DNA of 64,000 bases from Candidatus Kerfeldbacteria bacterium (GTDB lineage Bacteria; Patescibacteriota; Patescibacteriia; SBBC01), in assembly GCA_016207275.1 (NCBI GenBank), contig JACQPY010000013.1, forward strand, positions 20,285-84,284, given 5' to 3'. Numbering within the stretch: position 1 is the first letter of the stretch; the number at the start of each line of letters is the position of its first letter. The position numbers and the translations under genes are program-made. The notes under the pieces were generated by a model. That model ran no database searches and was not told where the DNA came from. It saw only the letters and a program-made list of their open reading frames with translations. Shown in pieces: positions 46,612 through 56,896 of the stretch.

Positions 46612-48063
46612 TCATGGTTGTTCCGGTTTGAGCGTGGGAAAGAGAATCACGTCTTTGAGCGTTTTTTGGTTGGTCAGCAACGCCGTTAGTCGGTCAATGC
46701 CGATGCCAAGACCGGAGGTCGGCGGCAGGCCGTATTCCAGAGAACGGATATACGATTCATCAATCGGCTGTGCTTCCGTATCCCCTTTCTGCCGCAGCCG
46801 TTCTTGCGCCTCGAAACGCTGGCGCTGCTCAGCCGGATCGTTTAACTCACTGAAAGCGTTTCCGAGTTCGGTGCCGTCGGCCAGCAATTGGAATCGTTCG
46901 ACATACTTCGTGTCATTCGGTTTGCGCTTGGCCAGCGGTGACAACTCGACGGGAAAATCAATCACGAATGTCGGTTCGATGAAATTCGATCGCACATGCG
47001 TTTTGAATATTTCGTCGATCATTTTCGAGCGGCTCATGTCATCGGGCAGATCAGTGCCGATGTTACGACCCTGTGCTCTGAGCTGATCGTCACCGGCTTG
47101 GTCAATGTCAATTTTCGTGGTGTGCAGAATCGCTTCGCGATAGGCGATGCGCTTGAATGGTTTCTTAAGCTTGAAAGTTTTCTGGCCCAGCGTGATTTCC
47201 GGCTTGCGCTTGATGGCGGTTGCTAGTTCAATCATCAAATCTTCGGTCAGAGTAAGCATCCACTCGTAGTCAGTGTAGGCCGCGTAGCATTCCATCATGG
47301 TGAATTCCGGGTTGTGGTCGCGGTCGATTCCCTCGTTGCGAAAATTACGGCCAATTTCGAAAACCCGGCCAAAGCCGCCGACGATCAGCCGCTTGAGGTA
47401 AAGTTCGGGCGCGACGCGAAGGTACAGGTCTAGATCGAGGGCTTGGTGGTGCGTGACGAACGGGCGGGCCGTGGCGCCACCGGGAATGGGTTGCAGGACC
47501 GGCGTTTCGACTTCGACAAATTCTCGTTCAACCAAAAATTGGCGAACGGCGTTCAGCATAGTACTGCGTGTTAGAAAGATATCTTTAACCACGGGGTTCG
47601 CCAGGGTGTCGAGTTCCCGGTACCGATACCGTGTTTCGACGTCAGCCAAGCCGTGCCATTCCGACGGCAGCGGTCGAACTGCTTTGGTCAGCCAACGGAG
47701 GCTGGTGGCATCAACCGTGCGCTCGCCGCGCTTGGTGACGAACGTCGTTCCACCGACTTCAAGAAAATCGCCGAGGTCAATGAGCTTGATCAAATGGGAA
47801 AAATCAGCGAGGTTTTTCTTTTGCAAAAAAACTTGGAGCGGGCCGGTTTCGTCTTCCAGTTTAAGAAACGCCGAACCGCCCTGCAGTCGGCTGGCCCGAA
47901 CACGTCCGGCAATGACGACTTGTTGGTCGAGCCGCCAAGCAGCCAACAGTTGACGAGTTTGGTGCGTGCGCCCGACGCGGGCGGGATAGGGCTCACGACC
48001 CATGCCCTGCAGCATCGCCAACTTCTCGCGGCGGGTTTGCTCCTGGTCCGTCAGCTTCCGCAT
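46612..48063 (-). CDS. lysS: Lysine--tRNA ligase
   Basis: GGATARPF, LRVAPELYLKRL, FRNEG..HNPEF, GIGIDRL. Confidence 0.96.
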   Translation of the reverse strand: MRKLTDQEQTRREKLAMLQGMGREPYPARVGRTHQTRQLLAAWRLDQQVVIAGRVRASRLQGGSAFLKLEDETGPLQVFLQKKNLADFSHLIKLIDLGDFLEVGGTTFVTKRGERTVDATSLRWLTKAVRPLPSEWHGLADVETRYRYRELDTLANPVVKDIFLTRSTMLNAVRQFLVEREFVEVETPVLQPIPGGATARPFVTHHQALDLDLYLRVAPELYLKRLIVGGFGRVFEIGRNFRNEGIDRDHNPEFTMMECYAAYTDYEWMLTLTEDLMIELATAIKRKPEITLGQKTFKLKKPFKRIAYREAILHTTKIDIDQAGDDQLRAQGRNIGTDLPDDMSRSKMIDEIFKTHVRSNFIEPTFVIDFPVELSPLAKRKPNDTKYVERFQLLADGTELGNAFSELNDPAEQRQRFEAQERLRQKGDTEAQPIDESYIRSLEYGLPPTSGLGIGIDRLTALLTNQKTLKDVILFPTLKPEQP

Positions 48064-48109
48064 ACTCGTAGTATACGCGTCCCAAGGAGCGTCGGCAATC
48101 GGCTAACCG

Positions 48110-48577
48110 CTAGGCGATGCCGAGGATGTGAAAGTTTCGTTTACCAGCCGGGGCCTCGATCGTCACTGTTTCACCGACCCGGCGGCCAAGGAACGCTTGA
48201 CCAAGCGGCGACTCATTGGAGATCCGGCCATTTTTCGGATCGGCTTCGTTCGAGCCAACAATCGCGTAGGTTTCGATTTTTCCGTCCTCGATTTTGGCTT
48301 TAACCTTGGAGCCGACCCGGACTTGCTCGGCGTTCTTTGCGGCTTGGATGATGACGGCGTTTTTGACGACCGCCTCAAGTTCGGCGACCCGTCCCTCGAC
48401 GAACGCTTGCTCATTTTTTGCTTCGACGTATTCGGCGTTTTCCGATAGATCGCCGAGTTCCTTAGCTTCTTGGATGCGCTGGGCGATTTCCCGACGCTTA
48501 ACGGTTTTGAGGTGCTTGAGCTCCTCGGTCAGTTTTTCCAGTCCATCAGCAGTGATAAATGTCTGTCGTTCATTCAT
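48110..48577 (-). CDS. greA: Transcription elongation factor GreA
   Basis: GDLSENAEY, ISNESPLG. Confidence 0.95.
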   Translation of the reverse strand: MNERQTFITADGLEKLTEELKHLKTVKRREIAQRIQEAKELGDLSENAEYVEAKNEQAFVEGRVAELEAVVKNAVIIQAAKNAEQVRVGSKVKAKIEDGKIETYAIVGSNEADPKNGRISNESPLGQAFLGRRVGETVTIEAPAGKRNFHILGIA

Positions 48578-48753
48578 ACGACGGGGTAGTTAGAAAGCCA
48601 AAATTTTCTACTGGCACACTCCAGGGTACGCCGCCGGGAAAACCCTGTCAACCCCCGTCCCACTTTTCTCGAGCAACTCATTCTGTGCGAAGTTTATTTT
48701 TGGGAGAAAACCCCCAAAGAAAATGCTTCATCGTCTTTAAAAGCGGAGCCGGG

Positions 48754-50688
48754 TCAAGGCGTGCGGTGGGTCTTGGCAAAGTAGGCGGCTAAGGCTCGTT
48801 TGGCCATCGGCAGGGCAGCGGCGTGACCTTCGCCGCCAGCCTCGACTACGACCGTGACGACGATCTCCGGTCGATCGAACGGCGCAAAGCTGGTTAACCA
48901 AGCGTGAGTTTTGTTCTCGTTTCCGAACTGCGCCGTCCCCGTTTTGGCGGCGACGGCGACCGGAAGATCACCGAGCGCCCGAGCGCTGCCGCCGGTGACC
49001 GCTTGTCGCATGCCGGCGCGGACTGAGGCCAGGAATTGATCGGCCACCGTTTGGTTGAGGGACTTTGGTTTCATCGCTTGGGTCGTCTGCCCGTCGGCCG
49101 CTAAAATTTCTTTAACGACGAACGGTTGGTAGAGTGTTCCGCCGTTGGCAATGGCGGCGGTGTAGTCGGCTACTTGGAGTGGGGTGACGTTGATGAAACC
49201 CTGACCAATAGCGAGGTTGTACGTATCACCGACGTACCATCGTGGCGAGCTTGGTTTACTCCGCCAGGCGCGGTCGGGTAGAAAGCCCGCGGCCTCGTTC
49301 GGTAGGTCAATACCGAGCCGTCGACCGAGTCCAAACCGCGCCAGGTAGTTGACCACGCGTTCAATGCCGAGGCCGGAAAAATCTTCAAAACCAGCACTGA
49401 TCAGATAGAAAAACGTGTTGACGGATTCGGCCAACGCTTTACGGACGTCAGTGGTGCCGTGGCCACCCGTTTTCCAGTCCGGAAAAAAGTTTGGGCCGAC
49501 TCTAATCCCGCCGACGCTCTGGACCGTGGTACGTTCGGTAATCACGCCCTCGTCGAGAGCAGCGGCGGCGATTACCGGTTTGATCGTCGAGCCCGACGGG
49601 TACGATCCGCTAATCGCCCGGAAGAACAGTGGATGTCGCTCGTCGTCGAAGATGGCTCGAAAATCTGTCTGGTTACCGCCCTGCGAAAACTGGTTAGGGT
49701 CAAACGAGGGCTGCGAAACCAAGGCTAGCACCTCGCCAGTACGCGGGTCGAGCGCCACCGCCGCACCACCAGGTACCCGCAGTCGGTGGATCGTGTCTTC
49801 GAGTGCTTGGCTGAGCGTTTGCTGCAGTTCTTCGTCGATCGTTAAGATCAGGTTGTGGCCCGGTTCGGCTTCGCGGCTGGCGATAACCGCTAGCTCTTTG
49901 TTTAAGTGGTCACGTTCAACCTCGCGAACGCCATCTTGGCCGCGGAGAAAACGGTCATAGGCGAGCTCGATACCCATCCGGCCAACCGACGATAAGGTGG
50001 TCAAGTCATTATCGCGCTCGAGTTCGGCCGGCGTAGGTTTACCCAGATAACCGAGCAGGTGAGCAGTCGCCGTTCCGTCTCGGTACGCCCGCGTACTGAT
50101 TGCCTCGAGCGAAATACCTGGCAGACGAGCGATGACCGTTGACAGGCGGAGTGCGTCTTCATAGCTGACGTGATCGGAAAGAATTACCGGTTGGATCGAA
50201 CCTACGGGGGATATCGCCAGCGCCGTCTGGATGCTGTCCGCGCCGAGTGTCGGGTACGCCCGCGCTAACTGGCTGACCAGTGCCGTTCGCTCGTCGGCAC
50301 CGCGGGGCAGGTCGGCCGGGGTGGCCAGGAGGGTGAACGACGGGATATTGGTCAAGAGCGGCGTGCGATGACGGTCATAGATAACGCCACGCGGCGCTGG
50401 CTGCACTTCGAGTCGGATCCGATTCCGTTCAGACGAGAAACGATAGCGTTCGCCTTTGGCGAGCTGGAGGTAGGCCACGCGGGTCAGGAGGGCGAGCAGC
50501 GCGAGCAGTAAGATTAAGGCCAGGATCGTCACGTTGACACGGTTGGCCGACAGCCGTCGGGTGCTGGCCCCCGGGGCGAGGTAGTCTTCAACATTAAGGC
50601 CTCGCCGGTCGCGTCGAACGATCAGCGGTCGTTGATCGGCTGACAACGGCACCGACGTAAATGGGTTGGTTAGGCGACTAAAATTCAT
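48754..50688 (-). CDS. mrdA: Penicillin-binding protein 2
   Basis: APRGVIYDR, GSTIK, SVN, KTGTAQ; follows mreD. Confidence 0.92.
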   Translation of the reverse strand: MNFSRLTNPFTSVPLSADQRPLIVRRDRRGLNVEDYLAPGASTRRLSANRVNVTILALILLLALLALLTRVAYLQLAKGERYRFSSERNRIRLEVQPAPRGVIYDRHRTPLLTNIPSFTLLATPADLPRGADERTALVSQLARAYPTLGADSIQTALAISPVGSIQPVILSDHVSYEDALRLSTVIARLPGISLEAISTRAYRDGTATAHLLGYLGKPTPAELERDNDLTTLSSVGRMGIELAYDRFLRGQDGVREVERDHLNKELAVIASREAEPGHNLILTIDEELQQTLSQALEDTIHRLRVPGGAAVALDPRTGEVLALVSQPSFDPNQFSQGGNQTDFRAIFDDERHPLFFRAISGSYPSGSTIKPVIAAAALDEGVITERTTVQSVGGIRVGPNFFPDWKTGGHGTTDVRKALAESVNTFFYLISAGFEDFSGLGIERVVNYLARFGLGRRLGIDLPNEAAGFLPDRAWRSKPSSPRWYVGDTYNLAIGQGFINVTPLQVADYTAAIANGGTLYQPFVVKEILAADGQTTQAMKPKSLNQTVADQFLASVRAGMRQAVTGGSARALGDLPVAVAAKTGTAQFGNENKTHAWLTSFAPFDRPEIVVTVVVEAGGEGHAAALPMAKRALAAYFAKTHRTP

Positions 50689-51202
50689 GTGAGACCAGGG
50701 TCGCGTACGTCCGACCAGATAGACGGACGGTAACGTAAACGATAATTGCAATCACGATCGTCCTCATCACATCCGTCAACACAAACCCAAACCACCATCC
50801 GTTGGCCAGGATGCTGGCGGCTTGCGGATCGAGCAATCGACCGAGGTGGCTGGCGACGAGAATAAGGACATGCGTCAGGATTGTACCGAGGGAGACTAGG
50901 GAGAGGAAGGCGAGAAAAGAACGGTTGGTGATTCGCGTGCGGAAAATCCAGCGGGTGGCGGTAATCGTAGCGACGTAGGCGATCAGGTGACTGCCGAATG
51001 GCAAGGCGGAAAATAGGTCAACCGTAAACCCACCGATCAGCGCGCCAAGCAGCGCCAATCGAGTGTCGCCGAGCAACAAGATGAGGAGGAGTGAAGGGGT
51101 CAAGAGGCCCGGTGACAGCAGCGGAGAGGATACGTTGGGGGTAACGAAGATGCTCACCAGCAGAACCGCACCGAGAATTGTGGTCGGGAGCAGACGTCGC
51201 AT
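50678..51202 (-). CDS. mreD: Rod shape-determining protein MreD (probable)
   Basis: Hydrophobic, GFTVDLFSALPFG; lies between mreC and mrdA. Confidence 0.75.
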   Translation of the reverse strand: MRRLLPTTILGAVLLVSIFVTPNVSSPLLSPGLLTPSLLLILLLGDTRLALLGALIGGFTVDLFSALPFGSHLIAYVATITATRWIFRTRITNRSFLAFLSLVSLGTILTHVLILVASHLGRLLDPQAASILANGWWFGFVLTDVMRTIVIAIIVYVTVRLSGRTYATLVSHEF

Positions 51203-51203
51203 C

Positions 51204-51998
51204 TTACGGTGTTTTTGTTAAGATGGTGACCACGTTAAGCCGGGCCGCCTGGTAGAGCGGGCGAAGCGAGGCGGACTGGAAGAGCGCACCGGCTTGTCGT
51301 TCAATACGATCAACTTCACCGAGGATTAAACCGCGGGGAACGCCGGCGTCGGAACCGGCAGTGACGATCAGGTCGCCGACCGCGATCGATTCAGATTGCG
51401 GAATGAGTTGCATGGTTAGTGATAAGCCACGCGCGCCGCTGACGACCCCTTGCGCCGTCGGAGACTTGGCGCTGACGCCGGTGAAGCTGCTGCGGTTGTC
51501 GGTGCTGAGGAGCACGTGGGCGGTGTCGTTGGTTGCTTCGATCACTCGGCCGACGACCAGACCACCGGCAACGATGGCGGGCGCGTCTACTTGAATGCCC
51601 GTCGCCGTGCCCCGGTCGATCGTAACGAATTCGGTGGTTGGATCGGCGCTGCGGGTGATAATGCTACCGGTGACTCCGATCAAGCGTTGGGCCGTCAGAA
51701 AGCGGGTCTGCTCCGTCGCCGCAGTCGCGGCGTCCAGCGCCGATCGAAGCTGGGCATTTTCCACGCTGAGCTCTGCGATTCGTTGGTCTCGGGCGGCCAG
51801 CTGTGACGCCGAACCGGTGGCGTCGGCCGGTACCTGTGGGCTGAGCACGGCGGTAGTCCACCGCCCGATCGGCGACAGCGCCCGGATGACGAGCCGTTCA
51901 ATTGGTTCGAGGGCGCCGAGGTAGTGCAGTGAGACTACGGCGGCGACAAGGCCGCCAATGATGAGTGAGGTTCGGCGTTGCGGCGGGCGGTCAACCAC
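51204..51998 (-). CDS. mreC: Rod shape-determining protein MreC
   Basis: ENAQLR, TIDRG, VGRV, PRGLILG. Confidence 0.88.
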   Translation of the reverse strand: MVDRPPQRRTSLIIGGLVAAVVSLHYLGALEPIERLVIRALSPIGRWTTAVLSPQVPADATGSASQLAARDQRIAELSVENAQLRSALDAATAATEQTRFLTAQRLIGVTGSIITRSADPTTEFVTIDRGTATGIQVDAPAIVAGGLVVGRVIEATNDTAHVLLSTDNRSSFTGVSAKSPTAQGVVSGARGLSLTMQLIPQSESIAVGDLIVTAGSDAGVPRGLILGEVDRIERQAGALFQSASLRPLYQAARLNVVTILTKTP

Positions 51999-52000
51999 GG

Positions 52001-53056
52001 CTACCTTGGAATCGAGACTTCGCTCGATGACAAAACCAAAACGCTACGTAGCTGGTCGAGGTCGTCGAGGACAATACCGGTTCCTCGAACCACGGCGGTC
52101 AGCGGATCATCAACCACGTGGACGGGGATATGCGTTTCGCGTTGGACGGCTTGGGCGAATCCTCGGAGCAACGCTCCCCCACCGGTGAGCACAATCCCCT
52201 GTGAATAGATATCGGCCACCAGCTCGGGAGGCGTTGCCTCAATGGTTGATTTGATGTTGTCGATGATGAGGTTAATTGAACGCTGCATGGCTTCCCGGAC
52301 GTGGGCGGTCGTCATGGTTACTTCTTTCGGCAGGCCGGTGAGCAGGTCGCGACCGCGCATCGGCGCTTCGAGCGGTTCAACTTCGTCGGTGACCCCGCCG
52401 ATCTTAATTTTTAGTTCTTCGGCCGTGCGTTCCCCGAGCAGAACATTAAAGTGCTCGCGAGCGTACTGGATAATATTTTGGTCGAGTTCGTTGCCGGCAA
52501 CTCGTAACGATCGCCAGCTGACAATGCCGCCGAGGCTGATGACGGCGATCTCGGTGGTGCCGCCGCCGATGTCGACAACCATATTGCCGGAGGCGTCTTG
52601 GATGGGGAGGCGGGCCCCGATCGCGGCGGCCATCGGTTCCTCGATCAGGAACACTTCTCGGGCGCCAGCGTGGAGGGTGGCGTCTTCAACCGCCTTCCGT
52701 TCAACCTCAGTTACGCCGAGCGGAATACCGATGATTACCCGCGGACGACTGAGGAACGAAATTCCTTCGCGGTGGACTCGTTCGATGAAGTGGCGGAGCA
52801 TGCGCTCGGTCACCTCGAAGTCAGAAATTACACCGCTCATGAGCGGACGGATGGCGACAATATGGCTCGGCGTTTTACCGACCATCAGACGAGCTTCTTC
52901 GCCAACTGCTAGAATCTGATCGGTCCGGGTGTTGACGGCCACCACGGACGGTTCATTGATAACGATGCCCTTATCTTTGATGTAGACCAAGGTATTCTTG
53001 GTTCCCAGGTCAATACCCATGTCGCGCGAAAAGCGGCCGAGGAGTTTACCGAACAT
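52001..53056 (-). CDS. mreB: Rod shape-determining protein MreB
   Basis: GIDLGT, EPSVVA, DIGGGTT, LTGGGALL. Confidence 0.95.
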   Translation of the reverse strand: MFGKLLGRFSRDMGIDLGTKNTLVYIKDKGIVINEPSVVAVNTRTDQILAVGEEARLMVGKTPSHIVAIRPLMSGVISDFEVTERMLRHFIERVHREGISFLSRPRVIIGIPLGVTEVERKAVEDATLHAGAREVFLIEEPMAAAIGARLPIQDASGNMVVDIGGGTTEIAVISLGGIVSWRSLRVAGNELDQNIIQYAREHFNVLLGERTAEELKIKIGGVTDEVEPLEAPMRGRDLLTGLPKEVTMTTAHVREAMQRSINLIIDNIKSTIEATPPELVADIYSQGIVLTGGGALLRGFAQAVQRETHIPVHVVDDPLTAVVRGTGIVLDDLDQLRSVLVLSSSEVSIPR

Positions 53057-53057
53057 C

Positions 53058-54170
53058 CTAGCCCCCAAAAACTTGACGAATGTTTTCGAGCACCTTGTCA
53101 CCGATGCCGAATCGTTGGACGTCGCGGAGGCTGACCAGAAGAACCAGGGCAATCAGGAGGTAGAAGCCAATCGCGTGGATCAGCGACTCAATCCGGTAGT
53201 CGACGGCCCGGCGTCGGACCGCTTCAATGGCGACGAACAGCGCGCGCCCACCGTCGAGTGCGGGCAGCGGGAAGAAATTGACGACCGCTAAGGTGATTGA
53301 CAACAGGGCGGTAAATTGAATAAGGTATGGCACGCCGAGCTCCACGGCCTGACCAGTGAGCAGTACCACGCCAACCGGACCGGACAGATCGGGGCTGACC
53401 GTTCGTTCGACGACGAGGTCGCGAAGCAGGTGGCCGAAGGAAACGAAAATAGTACCGGTCACGTTAACGGTGGTGGTCAGGCCGTGCCACACTGAACGGG
53501 GAAAAGGATACGTCAAGGTGCCGACGTCGAGAATGCCGATGCCGATTCGCCACTCACCGGCGGGGGTGGCGGCTGGCGTAACCGCGACCGACCGTTCAGT
53601 TTGGCCGTGGCGAACGGTCAGCGTTAGTTCGTGATTGCCATTCTGTTGTTGCCGTTGTTTCAGTTCCTGGGCCGAATGCAGTGGTTCGCCGTTGAAGTTG
53701 ACCACCGTGTCGCCGAGGCGGATGCCGGCACGGGCGGCCGGACCCGCTTCTTCGAGGCTGACGATTTGTGGACGAACATCACGCAGCTTGGTAAGCGGTC
53801 GGGCATCGTCGCGGGCGGTCGGGAGACCAATCGTGAAACCAGCAGCGAAGAGCACCACGCTCAGCAGGTAGTTCATGAGTACGCCGGCGGCCAGAATAAG
53901 GAAACGGCGCGGTCGTGACTGGGCGGCGAAACTGTCGGGTTCGAAGCTGGTTCCCGGCGTCTCACCCTTCAGCCGCACGAAGCCTCCGAACGGAATCCAG
54001 TTTAGCGAGTATAACGTGCGTCCGCGGCGGACGCCGACGAGGCGAGGCGGAAAACCGAAACCGAACTCTTCCACGGCTACCCCCAGTCGCCGGGCGGTCA
54101 GGAAGTGGCCGAGCTCGTGAACGAAGACGAGCAGTGAGATGACCAGGATGAAAATGACAAAGGTCAGCAT
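53058..54170 (-). CDS. rseP: RIP metalloprotease RseP (M50)
   Basis: HELGH, PDZ domain, NFFPLPALDGG. Confidence 0.92.
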   Translation of the reverse strand: MLTFVIFILVISLLVFVHELGHFLTARRLGVAVEEFGFGFPPRLVGVRRGRTLYSLNWIPFGGFVRLKGETPGTSFEPDSFAAQSRPRRFLILAAGVLMNYLLSVVLFAAGFTIGLPTARDDARPLTKLRDVRPQIVSLEEAGPAARAGIRLGDTVVNFNGEPLHSAQELKQRQQQNGNHELTLTVRHGQTERSVAVTPAATPAGEWRIGIGILDVGTLTYPFPRSVWHGLTTTVNVTGTIFVSFGHLLRDLVVERTVSPDLSGPVGVVLLTGQAVELGVPYLIQFTALLSITLAVVNFFPLPALDGGRALFVAIEAVRRRAVDYRIESLIHAIGFYLLIALVLLVSLRDVQRFGIGDKVLENIRQVFGG

Positions 54171-54177
54171 GGTTGGC

Positions 54178-54723
54178 TCAGATGATCATCAGCTCGTGCT
54201 CTTTTTTGCTGCCCAGCGTACTGATTTGTTCCATGTACGTGTCTACCCGCCGCTGCAGCTCTTTCTGTTGGGCGAAGAAGCTGTTCTCGGAGAGGGCGCC
54301 GTTCTGTTTATTCTCGCGAAGTGATTTCAGCGCTTCCTCTCTAATTTTACGAATGGCCACGCGAGCCTGTTCGAGCTTGGCGTTGACGATTTTGAGGTAC
54401 GCTCGGCGACGCTCCTCAGTCAGCGCCGGTACGGTCAGACGAATGACGGTACCGTCATTGACCGGCGTCAATCCGAAATCGGCTTGCTGGAGGGCGCGTT
54501 CGACGTCCTTGAGCACGTTTTTGTCCCACGGCTGAATGACGATGGTTCGAGCATCGGCAACGGTGATGCTGGCGAGCTGAACCAGTGGCATGGTCGAACC
54601 GTACGCCTCGACGGACAGGCTCTCGACCATACTCGGATTGGCCCGGCCCGTTCGAATCGTCAGGAGTTCTTGCTCGAGGTGGTTGATCGCGGCTTCGAAT
54701 TGTGGCCTGGTCGGCATGTTCAC
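54178..54723 (-). CDS. frr: Ribosome recycling factor
   Basis: IRTGRANP, IQPWD, PALTEERR. Confidence 0.95.
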   Translation of the reverse strand: MNMPTRPQFEAAINHLEQELLTIRTGRANPSMVESLSVEAYGSTMPLVQLASITVADARTIVIQPWDKNVLKDVERALQQADFGLTPVNDGTVIRLTVPALTEERRRAYLKIVNAKLEQARVAIRKIREEALKSLRENKQNGALSENSFFAQQKELQRRVDTYMEQISTLGSKKEHELMII

Positions 54724-55790
54724 TTTCGAGGCTTGATCGTCCCGAGGTACAATTGGTTGGGGCGGTCAGGATTGATGGTCAGGGCGTTCAGGAGTCGAGC
54801 CGTCGGGACGGTGATCTTTGCGTCCCAGGTGGCGCCGCCGTCGGTTGATTTTCGCAGGCGGTTGCCGACAATGACGTACAGCGTCGCCTCGTTCGTCGGA
54901 TTGACCGTGACCGCCTGGATTGGCTGGCTGCCGAATGGAACCAATGTATTGATTGGTTGCCAGGTGGCGCCGCCGTCACGCGTTACGAGTAGACCATACC
55001 CCGAAGCCAGGTAGAGTGTCTGTGGCTGGCCCGTCATCGTGGCCACTGATGACACGGTGGTCGAGCCGGGAAAGGCTTGAAGACTTTGCTTAGCTGACTC
55101 CCAGCTGTTGCCGGTATCGGTTGAACGGAACAAGCCGCTGGCCCGCGTCACCGCGTAGACGGTTGAACTGTTGTTGGGCGGGAACAGCATGCGGCTAATG
55201 TAATCGGCCGGGCTAAGGGTCGTCAGCAGCTGCCAGGTATTGCCATAGTCGCGGCTGAGCAGAACGTCACCACGGCTGGTGGCGGCTAACAGCATGCTCG
55301 GGTCAGTCGGTTTAATCGCCAGGTCGGTAATGACGCGATCCGGTTTTGATTCAAGGTAAATCGGCGCCCAGTGAGCGCCGCCGTCGCCGCTCTTGGTGAT
55401 CGTGCCGCCGGCCGCAGCGTAGAGGATGGTCGGGGCAGTCGGATCGATCGCCAGGGCGGTGTAGGTGCCACCGCCTAGACCGGTCTTGACCCAGCGGTTG
55501 CCCCCGTCGTCAGAACGATAGATGCCAGCACCACGTGTGCCCAGGAAAACGATGGTTGGGGTGATGGGGTCAAAACGGATAAATTCAATATCGACGTTGT
55601 CGATTCGAATGGGCTTGCCTTTAGGCGTGGTGCCTGCATCGACAATGTGGGTCCAGGTTATGCCGGCATCGTCCGAGCGGAAGATGCCGCCGTCCAGTTG
55701 ACGGGCGGTGCGAATACTGATGGAGCAGCCCTGGGCGGTCAAGACGAGCGTCGCCGCGACCGTCAGGATAGTTCGGGTGATTGCACTCAT
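54720..55790 (-). CDS. BNR/Asp-box beta-propeller lipoprotein (YCF48-like)
   Basis: TAQGC lipobox-like; repeated SxDGGxxW. Confidence 0.8.
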   Translation of the reverse strand: MSAITRTILTVAATLVLTAQGCSISIRTARQLDGGIFRSDDAGITWTHIVDAGTTPKGKPIRIDNVDIEFIRFDPITPTIVFLGTRGAGIYRSDDGGNRWVKTGLGGGTYTALAIDPTAPTILYAAAGGTITKSGDGGAHWAPIYLESKPDRVITDLAIKPTDPSMLLAATSRGDVLLSRDYGNTWQLLTTLSPADYISRMLFPPNNSSTVYAVTRASGLFRSTDTGNSWESAKQSLQAFPGSTTVSSVATMTGQPQTLYLASGYGLLVTRDGGATWQPINTLVPFGSQPIQAVTVNPTNEATLYVIVGNRLRKSTDGGATWDAKITVPTARLLNALTINPDRPNQLYLGTIKPRK

Positions 55791-56866
55791 GTTGGTCGAG
55801 GCAAGTGGAGGACAAACGACTCCAGCGCCAGTCGGACATTGGCGGTTCGTTGCAGGCGCGGCCGGAGCTCGTTCAAATAACGAGCGGCCGCAGCGATGGC
55901 GGCGGGGTGCAGGCGACGGCCTAAGCGGTCAATCCGCTGGTGGCTCGGTCCCCGTTCGCGCAACCCGGCGGCCGCGCGCAGCAGACGTCCGAGCATCGAC
56001 TCCCAGCGTTCAAGCAGTCCCTCCAAACGAGGTGGTTCGTGGTAAGCGTCGGCCAACTTGGCAGCGGTCGATAGTTGTTCCGGTACCGTCGATTCCCAGA
56101 GCGTGAGGAGGACGTCCGAGTCCTCGACGGCTTGGTCATAACCATGTGGTTGGGTGGCTAAGTACAGCGCAAAGGCCGGACGACCGTCACTGAGCATGGC
56201 CACGGCCCGCGCCTGGTTGGCTTCCAGGCCCCGGTTGATAAGCTCAGCCTCGATCGTCCGCCGGGGCATCGCCGTGACGGGCATGACCGCGCAGCGCGAA
56301 GCAACCGTTGGCGGCACGACGGCGGTGCTGGTGGCCGTTAAAATAAAGATGGCCGTGCCGCGCGGCTCCTCAAGCGTCTTCAGGAGAGCATTGGCCGCTT
56401 CTTCGGTGAGGCGTTCAGCTTGGTCGATGATCGTTACTCGTCGTGGCGCAATCGCCGCCCGCTTATTGAGCGTTTCAAGCAGGACGCGGATGTGCGCCAC
56501 GGAGATTCGTCCTTCCAGATCGCCAACCATAATGACGTCAGGATGACGATTAAGGACGAACATGGAACATGATTCGCAGTCGCCACAGGCGTGTCCAGAC
56601 GTTGGTCGGTGGCAGATCAGGGCGTTGGCAAATTGCTTAGCCAAGAAGGTTTTGCCGACGCCACGAGGTCCGACAAAGAGAAACGCGTGGGCGTCAAGAC
56701 CGCGGCTGACGAGGCGTTCCAGCCGTTCGACTAAGGCCACGTTTCCAACGAGACCCCACTGTTCATGGTTTAGGACGGCGGCGGTGGGCGCGGTACGAGA
56801 ATTCGGTCGCGCTGCCCTCGATGGGCGGGTTGTAGGACGCGATGGACTCACTGTGTAGCGACGCAT
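55787..56866 (-). CDS. holB: DNA polymerase III delta' subunit
   Basis: GPRGVGK, CGDCESC, AANALLKTLEEP, SRC. Confidence 0.88.
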   Translation of the reverse strand: MRRYTVSPSRPTTRPSRAARPNSRTAPTAAVLNHEQWGLVGNVALVERLERLVSRGLDAHAFLFVGPRGVGKTFLAKQFANALICHRPTSGHACGDCESCSMFVLNRHPDVIMVGDLEGRISVAHIRVLLETLNKRAAIAPRRVTIIDQAERLTEEAANALLKTLEEPRGTAIFILTATSTAVVPPTVASRCAVMPVTAMPRRTIEAELINRGLEANQARAVAMLSDGRPAFALYLATQPHGYDQAVEDSDVLLTLWESTVPEQLSTAAKLADAYHEPPRLEGLLERWESMLGRLLRAAAGLRERGPSHQRIDRLGRRLHPAAIAAAARYLNELRPRLQRTANVRLALESFVLHLPRPT

Positions 56867-56896
56867 ACTCTACCACGATGCCTCAAAACACGCAAC

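Noticed and set aside
48588-48614. Third copy of the 80-bp element upstream of greA
   Set aside because: Only a short tagaaa/tttcta hairpin; no full IR or TGA duplication
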